This document shows, one piece after another, positions 1 to 6,785 of a stretch of DNA of 64,000 nucleotides. Origin of the DNA: Candidatus Nomurabacteria bacterium (lineage in GTDB: Bacteria; Patescibacteriota; Dojkabacteria; SC72; JAHDCA01); the NCBI GenBank assembly GCA_020632395.1, contig JACKFQ010000002.1, positions 83,662-147,661 on the forward strand, read 5' to 3'. Below the pieces are notes generated by a model. It did not search any database. It saw only the letters and a list, made by a program, of their open reading frames with translations, and had not been told where the DNA came from. The number at the start of each line of letters is the position of its first letter. The stretch's first letter is position 1. The position numbers were made by a program, and so were the translations under genes.

Positions 1-122
1 CGTGGACCCCAATGATGATCGGTCGAACGCTCCGTATCAAATCCAAGTACCTCCGAGCCAGAACCTAGCAATCCAGCAGAGTATTTGAGTCCATGAAATT
101 CTGTTTCGATGAGAGTTTTCAC
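1..122 (-). CDS. N-terminal fragment of a protein running off the left edge; possible Pol-beta-superfamily nucleotidyltransferase (GS-x7-DTE motif)
   Basis: Minus-strand frame reads VKTLIETEFHGLKYSAGLLGSGSEVLGFDTERSTDHHWGP... from a GTG at 122 to beyond position 1. By eye this stretch is about 48% GC, versus under 30% for the adjacent array. Not in the ORF track because it is partial. Confidence 0.3.
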   Translation of the reverse strand, partial: MKTLIETEFHGLKYSAGLLGSGSEVLGFDTERSTDHHWGP

Positions 123-203
123 GACCTCTTTGTAAAATTGTTCACACAGTTGTTATCTTGGAATAAACTTTGTCAAATTTGAAGTATTTAGTTTTTTACT
201 AAC

Positions 204-641
204 CTATTCGAACTTTTTGTAGAACGTTTTTTGTAGATAGCAGGTAATTGCCATTCGACTTGCATCAAAATGAGGTGTCGGGAGATTTTTTGGATCTACC
301 CATAGCCACTCATCGCATTTTTCTGGTTCCATTATTTTCAGCTCACCGGAAAAGTCCTGGGCAAGTAAGGCGATCGAAACGTAGTGTAACCCTTCTTTGT
401 TGTAAGTTTCTAAGTTGTTGGTTACGGCTACCACTCGTGGATTTTTAATGTCCAAGTCGGTTTCTTCTTTAATTTCTCTAATCGCGCCATCTTCAAATGT
501 TTCGCCTGGCTCTAGATGCCCGCCTGGAATGGAATAGTATGGAGCATGGCTATTTTTTCTTTTGCCAATAAGGACTTTTCCGTCGTGATTTACAAGAATC
601 ACGCCTAATCCAACTCTTGGTATGTTTTTTTGTTTCGTCAT
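204..641 (-). CDS. NUDIX hydrolase
   Basis: Nudix box GGHLEPGETFEDGAIREIKEETDL (GX5EX7REUXEEXGU) in the 145 aa ORF. Confidence 0.85.
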   Translation of the reverse strand: MTKQKNIPRVGLGVILVNHDGKVLIGKRKNSHAPYYSIPGGHLEPGETFEDGAIREIKEETDLDIKNPRVVAVTNNLETYNKEGLHYVSIALLAQDFSGELKIMEPEKCDEWLWVDPKNLPTPHFDASRMAITCYLQKTFYKKFE

Positions 642-670
642 ATTTTAGAAAGGTTAGTTTAAAAATCTCG

Positions 671-701
671 CATAACGTTTCCCGATGAAGCGAAGTTTTG
701 C
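671..701. repeat. Cassette-junction conserved block 1, copy A (cATAACGTTtcccgATgaagCGAAGTTTTGC)
   Basis: One of seven related 30-35 bp elements, one in each intergenic region of the 0.2-5.6 kb array. They share the palindromic core ATAACGTTA followed by ATAT and GAAGTTTTGC. Confidence 0.7.
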
Positions 702-764
702 AAATTCCTTATGTAAATTAATATTTATTGGCAAAATTTGGACGGAGAAAACAATAAATTAATT

Positions 765-1142
765 TTAGCTCCGTAACTTTACTATAGTGTCCTTGAGTTT
801 CTTCATCAAATCGTCTTTATCGGTATATTCTATAAATTTATCAGTCACGATTTTTAGTGAGCTAGATGTTCTTTGTCCTGAATGATAAATACAAATAATT
901 GGACACTTTGACAAATCAGCCCACCCAAGCTCGATTCCCAGGCCTGTCGATGGATAAGAAACCTCCGCGATCATTAAGTCGCATGTCTTTATTATATCTC
1001 GCGTTACAAAATCACTAGCGTCTTCATAGGCTTCGTGCGGCAAGATAATTTCATGCTCCGTGTTCAATAAGCTTGAACGAATTGGTTCATATAGCTCTTT
1101 TTCAAAATCGTAATCGGTAGAGTGTCCAATATATATTTTCAT
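765..1142 (-). CDS. Nucleoside 2-deoxyribosyltransferase-like protein (flavodoxin-like fold)
   Basis: Motif STGLGIELGWA resembles the NDT catalytic-Glu motif (G-T-x-x-E-x-G-x-A). Size is 125 aa. Confidence 0.55.
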   Translation of the reverse strand: MKIYIGHSTDYDFEKELYEPIRSSLLNTEHEIILPHEAYEDASDFVTRDIIKTCDLMIAEVSYPSTGLGIELGWADLSKCPIICIYHSGQRTSSSLKIVTDKFIEYTDKDDLMKKLKDTIVKLRS

Positions 1143-1228
1143 AGAAGAGGGGATAAGATTAATTTATTGTTTTATGTAGTCGCATACACATTGTTAGATG
1201 ATGTGACATAATGGATATGGAGTCATTT

Positions 1229-1260
1229 CATATAACGTTAGCGTGTATGCAAAGTATGCC
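1229..1260. repeat. Cassette-junction block 1, copy B (catATAACGTTAGCGTGTATGCaaagtatgcc)
   Basis: Shares the ATATAACGTTAG core. Its stem portion GTGTATGC has an inverted partner GCATACAC at 1182-1189, followed by attGTTAGAT. Confidence 0.65.
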
Positions 1261-1401
1261 TAAGAACGGAACTGATATTATCTTCTCAAGATTTAAGCGA
1301 ATAGGCAAATTGGGGCGAGCCATTTTTAGAAATCAGTTGCACTGGACACGACAAAATGGCTCACAGCATAGCTGCTGTTGTGTGATGTAAAAAGAAAAGC
1401 G

Positions 1402-1794
1402 CTATATGCTCTTCATCTGAATCATTTTTGCCATTGCTATATATAAAACAAGACCTACCGAATAAATGATAATATAGGGGGCAATGGCAATCCAACGGTT
1501 AATGTAAAACAGATCAACATTTTGAAATGATCTTTCTATTGTCGAACCTACTACAAAAAAACTAAGAGCAACTAATGTATTGAGTAGAATTGTAAAATAC
1601 TGCCTACTGTCATCAACATGTATTAACTTTGTAATGAAGTAAGCTATTACGATATAAGCAATGGCAAAAATGCTCGTAATTGGCAATTGCAAAATCCATC
1701 TGCCATCTGAAGGAACATTTAATAACACATAAATTGTGTTTGCCACAAGAATTATCAAGAAACTAATGATAACTGAATTTGCAATTGTTTTCAT
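1402..1794 (-). CDS. Small integral membrane protein (about 4 TM helices), function unknown
   Basis: Hydrophobic segments fill most of the 130 aa ORF. Confidence 0.5.
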   Translation of the reverse strand: MKTIANSVIISFLIILVANTIYVLLNVPSDGRWILQLPITSIFAIAYIVIAYFITKLIHVDDSRQYFTILLNTLVALSFFVVGSTIERSFQNVDLFYINRWIAIAPYIIIYSVGLVLYIAMAKMIQMKSI

Positions 1795-1846
1795 ATGGGT
1801 TTGTTATTAAATAGTAGTAGCATTTTACCATTTCGTTTTGTTTCGT

Positions 1847-1874
1847 ACAACGTTATGGATATGCGGAGTTTTTC
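1847..1874. repeat. Cassette-junction block 1, copy C (acAACGTTATGGATATgCGgAGTTTTTC)
   Basis: Core AACGTTAT plus GGATAT and AGTTTTTC, matching the other junction copies. Confidence 0.6.
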
Positions 1875-1929
1875 TGGAACGTACTGGAGTGAAAGCGCTA
1901 GTGTACCCTGGAGTTTGTCCTTCAACCCG

Positions 1930-2448
1930 TTACTTCTCATCAAGATAAGAATTAATTGCTTCATCAATAATCGTAATATCTTTGATTTTTTTACTTTCAG
2001 GATTTTTACTAAATTCTTTAATCCATTCAATACAGTCATCAATATTTTCAACAACTAAATCAGAAAAGGTCAATAGAAAAGGATGAATCCAATCATCGAT
2101 TTTTGTACCATCAAAAACAATATTTGATCTTCTATGATGTGTATCTTTTGGAATTATTGAAATTACAGGTCTTTTGAAATATTTTGCAATTACCATTTCT
2201 TGAGCAGTTCCAGCTCCAAGTTTCTTCTTAGAATCAACGATGATAATATCTGCTGTTTTTACGAGATTAGAATCATGACCAACTAATTGCAAAGGTTTAG
2301 TTTCATCTTTCCATGCATCACCATCTGTAATTTCAACATTGGGAATTTTTGAAAGTTTTTCTTTGTATTCAACTTTCCAATCTTTCCAATTTTCTCTAAC
2401 ATCATCTCCTTTTGGTATTGAACCTAATAAAAAATTTTTAAGCGTCAT
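1930..2448 (-). CDS. Nucleoside 2-deoxyribosyltransferase-like protein, second paralog
   Basis: Motif KLGAGTAQEMVIAKY resembles the NDT active-site region. Size is 172 aa. The ORF-track entry 1791..2054 is an overlapping shadow ORF. Confidence 0.5.
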   Translation of the reverse strand: MTLKNFLLGSIPKGDDVRENWKDWKVEYKEKLSKIPNVEITDGDAWKDETKPLQLVGHDSNLVKTADIIIVDSKKKLGAGTAQEMVIAKYFKRPVISIIPKDTHHRRSNIVFDGTKIDDWIHPFLLTFSDLVVENIDDCIEWIKEFSKNPESKKIKDITIIDEAINSYLDEK

Positions 2449-2510
2449 ATATTTTGTGAAAATCCTTTATAAATTAAATCTTATTCTTCTAATGGTTGTA
2501 GGGTAAATTT

Positions 2511-2543
2511 CATTTAACGTTCCTGCGTATGCGATGTTTTTGC
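2511..2543. repeat. Cassette-junction block 1, copy D (catTTAACGTTcctgcgTATgCGatgTTTTTGC)
   Basis: Degenerate copy of the junction core. Confidence 0.55.
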
Positions 2544-2550
2544 GACCAAC

Positions 2551-2645
2551 GGGAGCAAAAATATGGGTGAAGCCCGAGCCGAGGGCTGAACCGTATATCC
2601 CTTGTTATACGCCCCGACGACAGAAAGGAGGAGAGCGCAGCGTGG
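2551..2645. repeat. Cassette-junction blocks 2-3, copy D (about 95 bp)
   Basis: About 90% identical by eye to 4401-4494. Contains the CGTATAtcccttgtTATACG hairpin and GGAGGAGAGCGCAGCGTGG. Confidence 0.75.
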
Positions 2646-2774
2646 CTTGAGTTCAAAAAATATTTTTCGTTCTGATTCATCAGAGAGGCTTTCGGTTATT
2701 TCTTATAAATTTGATTTTTTCGTTTTTCTTTTTCCAAGAGGGGTTAGGGATGAATTGGAAAAAATAAAAACTCC

Positions 2775-3440
2775 TTATTCTTTTTCATTAATAACAAACC
2801 ATTCTCCTTCACTAATCACTTCAATTTTGTTGTCAATAATCTTTAATGCAGAATCATCATCAAGTGCATAAATTGTTTTGCTTATTTCTTGACCAACTTT
2901 TTCTATATTTTCTCTTCTCATTTTTTTAAACCATTCAGAATTCAAATGTGGCAAGAAATAAAAATCTACAAAGTTTAAACCTTTTAATTCTTCAGTTTCA
3001 AGCATATCTTCTTCATAAATCACTTGGGATAATTTCAATGCTAAATCAGGATTAGTAACCATACTTCCAGCAGAAACACCAACATAAACTTTATCTTTAA
3101 ATAAATCAGACAACATTTCAGATAAACCTGATTTATTTAGCCATCTCATTAGATGATAAGTATTTCCTCCTTCAAAAAACAAAACATCAGCTCTTTCTAA
3201 ACTCGGTTTCCATATTTTTTCATCAACAGCTGAAATATCAGTAATTTCAATTGATTTGAAATTTTGTTTTTTCAAATTCACTAAATCAGTAATTAGCCAA
3301 TCTTTATCGCCCGATTCAACATTGCTTGCAGTAGGAATAAAAACAACTGTTGTTTCTTCTGGTTTCTTTCCAGTTAATTCAAACAAAGCATTGGCAATTG
3401 AATTGTTTGTTAGTCCGCTTGATGTTAATAGTAGTTTCAT
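2775..3440 (-). CDS. Peptidase E / S51-family dipeptidase
   Basis: LLLTSSG ... FIPTAS ... FFEGGNTYHLMRWL ... VYVGVSAGS match S51 peptidase motifs. Size is 221 aa. Confidence 0.8.
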   Translation of the reverse strand: MKLLLTSSGLTNNSIANALFELTGKKPEETTVVFIPTASNVESGDKDWLITDLVNLKKQNFKSIEITDISAVDEKIWKPSLERADVLFFEGGNTYHLMRWLNKSGLSEMLSDLFKDKVYVGVSAGSMVTNPDLALKLSQVIYEEDMLETEELKGLNFVDFYFLPHLNSEWFKKMRRENIEKVGQEISKTIYALDDDSALKIIDNKIEVISEGEWFVINEKE

Positions 3441-3604
3441 AATAGTAGGAGTAAAGAATTAAAATTTATAAATCAATCGTTTTCGGAACGAAGTGGAGAA
3501 AACACATTATTATCCCCCTCTTTTATTTTAGAAAAAATCAAATTTATTCCCTTTTTAGAAAGCCTATTTTCATTATTCATCTTAGAAAAATATTTTTTGA
3601 ATTT

Positions 3605-3638
3605 CACATAACGTATCCGAATATGAGAAGTTTTTTGC
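3605..3638. repeat. Cassette-junction block 1, copy E (cacATAACGTATCCGaATATgaGAAGTTTTTTGC)
   Basis: Junction core. A possible partner arm CGGATAatcagtGTTATAC lies at 3785-3803, just before the stop codon of the upstream gene. Confidence 0.6.
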
Positions 3639-3813
3639 CGGATTTCCCAGTATTTATGTACAGTTTAGCACATTCGTTCGACATTTGAATATGCTTTAAT
3701 TGATCGCCATTCGTAGGCAAAAAATTTGGATGGAATGAAAAAGACAAGTCCTTAAATTATTCAAAAGTGTCTTTTTCATGGAACCGGATAATCAGTGTTA
3801 TACGAGAGTTGAA

Positions 3814-4341
3814 TTAAGCGGCTCCTAGCAGTTTCAACATTTTCTCAGACCAATCAGTATTGCCCTTTGTTATTTCCTCCTTGAAAAATTTTATCATCAG
3901 CTGTTTTGGCTCATCCGATATTGCACAGTGCTTAATTTCTGGCCAAAATTCACGATACCATAATCCGATATTATCATGTTTTAAGTCGCAAGCACCGCCA
4001 TTTGGATCAGGTTCAATAAACAAAATCCTGTCTACGTGATTTGTAACAGAAGCTCCCAAGCATTGAATACAAGGTTCAAGCGTACTGTATAGAGAGACAA
4101 TTTTTGAATTATCCTTACGAACTTCCGCCAGCTCTTTGCCGTACTTAATTATTAGAGAATTTTCGGCATGATTCACAAAGGATTTTTGTTTATTGATTTC
4201 GTTGCCAGCGACGCCAAGCGTTTTATTATTGATAGCCAAAACAGCCCCCACAGGATAGTTCCCAAGCTTGAAAGTTTCTCTAGCAATACTGATGGCCGAC
4301 TCCAAGCATTGTTTATCGAATTGTGTTATTTCTTGCACCAT
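3814..4341 (-). CDS. CMP/dCMP-type (cytidine/deoxycytidylate family) zinc deaminase
   Basis: HAE (VNHAENSL) and PCxxC (LEPCIQCLG) zinc-binding motifs. Size is 175 aa. Confidence 0.75.
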   Translation of the reverse strand: MVQEITQFDKQCLESAISIARETFKLGNYPVGAVLAINNKTLGVAGNEINKQKSFVNHAENSLIIKYGKELAEVRKDNSKIVSLYSTLEPCIQCLGASVTNHVDRILFIEPDPNGGACDLKHDNIGLWYREFWPEIKHCAISDEPKQLMIKFFKEEITKGNTDWSEKMLKLLGAA

Positions 4342-4360
4342 ACAGAGCTTAATTCAATTT

Positions 4361-4391
4361 CATATAACGTTAGGGATATACGAAGTTTTGC
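4361..4391. repeat. Cassette-junction block 1, copy F (catATAACGTTAGGGATATACGAAGTTTTGC), the best-preserved copy
   Basis: ATATAAC-GTTA-GGGATATACG is the reverse complement of CGTATATCCC-TT-GTTATAC at 4442-4460, with a 2-nt versus 4-nt bulge. Confidence 0.75.
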
Positions 4392-4400
4392 GGAGTGAAA

Positions 4401-4494
4401 CGGAGCAAAATTTGGGTGAGGGGCGAGCCGAGCACCGAACCGTATATCCCTTGTTATACGCCCCGACGACCAAAGGGAGGAGAGCGCAGCGTGG
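4401..4494. repeat. Cassette-junction blocks 2-3, copy F
   Basis: Near-identical to 2551-2645. Contains the right arm of the attC-like inverted repeat. Confidence 0.75.
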
Positions 4495-4516
4495 TTCGTG
4501 GCGATAGCCGAGAAAG

Positions 4517-4553
4517 TCAGAAGTCGGCTTTTTTCTTTTTTATGAGCGCACAC
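4517..4553. repeat. Left arm of an imperfect inverted repeat flanking the methyltransferase gene
   Basis: TCAGAAGTCGGCTTTT ... TGAGCGCACAC are the reverse complements of AAAAGCCGACTTCTGA and GTGTGCGCTCA at 5425-5464. This arm abuts the stop codon. Confidence 0.7.
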
Positions 4554-5381
4554 CTATTTTTTCTTAACAATTATCATCATATGTCCACTTAAATCAACAA
4601 TTATTGGATCGGTGCAAATTTTGTTATGAATGGCTAACCAATTTTTCCATGCTTTTGGATATTTCTTTGCAAATTTATTTGTCGCTTCAGGATTTACATT
4701 TAAGCCTTCAAGACCCACTTTCTCAAGAATTTGCACATCTTTTTTGGTAAAAATGGACTCAAGCTCTGATGAGGTAAAATAATGACAATAGCCATCTCCT
4801 CTCCATTTATAATCTTCACCATCAGATACCAGTCCCTCGAAATGCTTTTTGTAAACTACTTCTTGTGGCCAACCAAGAGGAGTGGCTAGGAGTACCCCAT
4901 ACTTGCTCATTACTGAAACAAAAATTAAAGCACCCTTTTTTGCGACTCTAATTAATTCGTCAATTGCTTTTAGTCTTTCGGATTCTGGGCTGACATGAGA
5001 GAGTGGTCCGCCCAAGCACAATACTACATCAAAAGAATTATTTTCAAATTCAGATAAGTCTGTAATAGACCCCTCTACAATATCTTTAATTTTTGTTTGT
5101 ACCTTTGCTTTTTTAATTTGTTCCCTAGCAAGTTCTAGGTGTTCTGTGACCAAATCCAGAAGAACAACATCATATCCCATTTTTGCCAATTCAATTGAGT
5201 ATCTTCCGGGACCACCACCTGCGTCAAGAATTACTCCAGATTTTGGAAGATATTTTTTTAGGAATTTTATTGATGTGTCAAATTCTATTTTATGAAAGGG
5301 GTCTTGTGCTAATCTATTCCATTCATAAAGAGCATCTTTTTTGTAATTCTTTTTGGTTAGTTTTGTAGTCTTGTTTGCCAT
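4554..5381 (-). CDS. Class I SAM-dependent methyltransferase
   Basis: Motif I VILDAGGGPGRYSIELAK with the acidic residue at VVLLDL. Size is 275 aa. Confidence 0.8.
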   Translation of the reverse strand: MANKTTKLTKKNYKKDALYEWNRLAQDPFHKIEFDTSIKFLKKYLPKSGVILDAGGGPGRYSIELAKMGYDVVLLDLVTEHLELAREQIKKAKVQTKIKDIVEGSITDLSEFENNSFDVVLCLGGPLSHVSPESERLKAIDELIRVAKKGALIFVSVMSKYGVLLATPLGWPQEVVYKKHFEGLVSDGEDYKWRGDGYCHYFTSSELESIFTKKDVQILEKVGLEGLNVNPEATNKFAKKYPKAWKNWLAIHNKICTDPIIVDLSGHMMIIVKKK

Positions 5382-5424
5382 AATAATATTGTAAAGTATA
5401 AATGATTTATAATTGTTGTGTTAA

Positions 5425-5464
5425 GTGTGCGCTCATTCCTTCTTAATTAAAAGCCGACTTCTGA
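5425..5464. repeat. Right arm of the inverted repeat flanking the methyltransferase gene
   Basis: GTGTGCGCTCA ... AAAAGCCGACTTCTGA. A 16-nt and an 11-nt perfect reverse-complement match to 4517-4553, with different spacers. Confidence 0.7.
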
Positions 5465-5466
5465 TT

Positions 5467-5500
5467 GCGTATAACTCGTTACTATACGAAGTGTTTTCGC
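5467..5500. repeat. Cassette-junction block 1, copy G (attI-equivalent position next to the recombinase)
   Basis: gcGTATAACtcGTTActATACGAAGTgTTTTcGC lies between the first array gene and the divergent tyrosine recombinase gene. Confidence 0.6.
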
Positions 5501-5590
5501 AATTTGTACAGAAATGCATATACTATGCGAACAGTTTCTGACAAAATAACTCTAAACTAATTATCAATATCATCTCATAAAAAACAACAA

Positions 5591-6403
5591 ATGAAAAAAG
5601 AAATTACAGCAACTGTACGAGAATTAAAAATTCGCAATTACAGTTCTAAAACAATAAAAAGCTACACTAGTGGAATTCAAAAATACTTTCGGTTCAAGAA
5701 AAATAATTTCCAACAGCTAGATATCCACAATATACAAAACTTTTTACTCTCCTGTTCAGATAAAGGACTGTCTGCTAAGACAAGAGATCTATATTTGAAT
5801 TCAATTAAATTCTATTACCACAACGTCATTAAAACTTCAAAAAAGGTAGACATCAAATCTGCAAAACAAAATAAAAGTCTCCCTGTTATATTGAATCGCA
5901 AGGAAATCACAAAGTTGAGTGAAGTCATAAATAACCCCAAACACAAATTAATCATCTTGCTAGCATATGGAGCAGGATTAAGAGTTAGCGAAGTCGTCAA
6001 CTTAAAGGTCAAGGACGTAGATATTGATAATCTCACACTCCATATTAAGAAAGCCAAGGGGAAAAAGGATAGAATTACTATTATCCCAGAAAAAATTAAG
6101 GATGATCTGAAATTGATAATTAATTCAAGAGATCAAAACGAATATGTTTTTACAAGTGAACGAGGAGGAAATCTTACAACTCGTACTGCACAAAAGATTT
6201 TTACTAATGCTCTGAAAAAAGCAGGAATTAAGAAGGAGACGACATTTCATTCACTACGCCATAGCTTTGCAACTCACTTACTAGAAAACGGAGTTGATAT
6301 CAGATATGTTCAAGAATTACTTGGTCATCAAAATATTAGAACCACACAAAGATATACTCAAGTTACAAATCCGAAACTAAAAAACATTAAAAGTCCCCTC
6401 TGA
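5591..6403 (+). CDS. Tyrosine site-specific recombinase (XerC/XerD/phage-integrase family, 270 aa)
   Basis: Box I LRVSEV, box II HSLRHSFAT, catalytic Tyr in LGHQNIRTTQRYTQV. About 91 residues separate the box I Arg from the box II His, matching the Xer spacing, so no IntI-type insertion. Confidence 0.9.
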   Translation: MKKEITATVRELKIRNYSSKTIKSYTSGIQKYFRFKKNNFQQLDIHNIQNFLLSCSDKGLSAKTRDLYLNSIKFYYHNVIKTSKKVDIKSAKQNKSLPVILNRKEITKLSEVINNPKHKLIILLAYGAGLRVSEVVNLKVKDVDIDNLTLHIKKAKGKKDRITIIPEKIKDDLKLIINSRDQNEYVFTSERGGNLTTRTAQKIFTNALKKAGIKKETTFHSLRHSFATHLLENGVDIRYVQELLGHQNIRTTQRYTQVTNPKLKNIKSPL

Positions 6404-6561
6404 AAAGAAACATTTTCTAAGACTCGAACCCAATTATTAGAGTTATATAGGCATTCTTGCTTATGGAGTGATATTTACCTTACTTTGCGTCATTTCTACG
6501 AACTGCAAGATTAGTCCGCTGTATAAGGCTTTTAAAATGCTGAAGAAAAAGCTGACCTAAC

Positions 6562-6711
6562 TGGTCGGGGAGACAGGACCATCTCGGCAAACATGCCTCG
6601 ATGTATGATGCAGAATAATTCTACTGCATCATAGGTCCCTGCAGTAGGTTCAAGTCCAAATACACCATCCATACAGAGTAAACGACCACCTAACGGTGGT
6701 CATTTACTCTG
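6562..6711. repeat. 150 bp module at the 3' end of tRNA-Pro(CGG); duplicated at 22862-23012
   Basis: Nearly identical to the copy at 22862-23012. Begins with GTCGGGGAGACAGGAC, a 16-nt direct repeat of the tRNA 3' end. Contains the hairpins TGATGCAG/CTGCATCA and GACCACC-TAAC-GGTGGTC. Confidence 0.8.
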
Positions 6712-6785
6712 TCGGGGAGACAGGACTTGAACCTGCGACCTCTGCAACCCGAATGCAGCGTTCTAGCCATCTGAACTACTCCCCG
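6712..6785 (-). tRNA. tRNA-Pro, anticodon CGG
   Basis: Manual cloverleaf: acceptor CGGGGAG/CTCCCCG, D-stem GTTC/GAAC, anticodon arm CTGCA-TTCGGGT-TGCAG, T-arm GCAGG-TTCAAGT-CCTGT, discriminator A. Length 74 nt with no encoded CCA. Confidence 0.85.

Noticed and set aside
248-448. Numerous 60-120 aa ORFs on the strand opposite to annotated genes (for example 248-448, 1795-2058, 4168-4398, 8916-9215, 13357-13662, 37283-37552, 44083-44872, 61375-61758)
   Set aside because: They fully overlap better-supported longer genes with recognisable homology and have low-complexity or biased composition typical of shadow frames.
2602-2871. + strand ORFs 2602-2871 and 4268-4507 sharing the peptide YAPTTxxRRAQRG
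   Set aside because: The shared peptide is generated by the duplicated 95-bp junction repeat. The ORFs overlap the intergenic repeat and the 3' ends of minus-strand genes. They have no RBS context and an AT-poor, repeat-driven composition, so they are not called as genes.
671-5500. Junction element as a plain sigma70 promoter
   Set aside because: I tried to place -35 (TTGCAA/TTGCGA-like) and -10 hexamers on the gene-sense strand of several copies. Spacings were inconsistent (10-23 nt) and hexamers were poor, so it is kept as an operator or recombination-site candidate.
6415-6440. tRNA-like scrap AGACTCGAACCC just after the recombinase stop
   Set aside because: Only a T-loop-like 11-mer is present, with no stems. 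It is mentioned only as a possible att relic, not called as a pseudo-tRNA.
6562-6711. The 150 bp downstream of each tRNA-Pro as a second tRNA, tmRNA or intron
   Set aside because: It contains T-arm-like and acceptor-like fragments in both orientations (GGTTCAAGTCC; GTCGGGGAGACAGGAC), but no complete cloverleaf can be drawn and the adjacent tRNA is intact. It is better explained as a duplicated flank or att relic.
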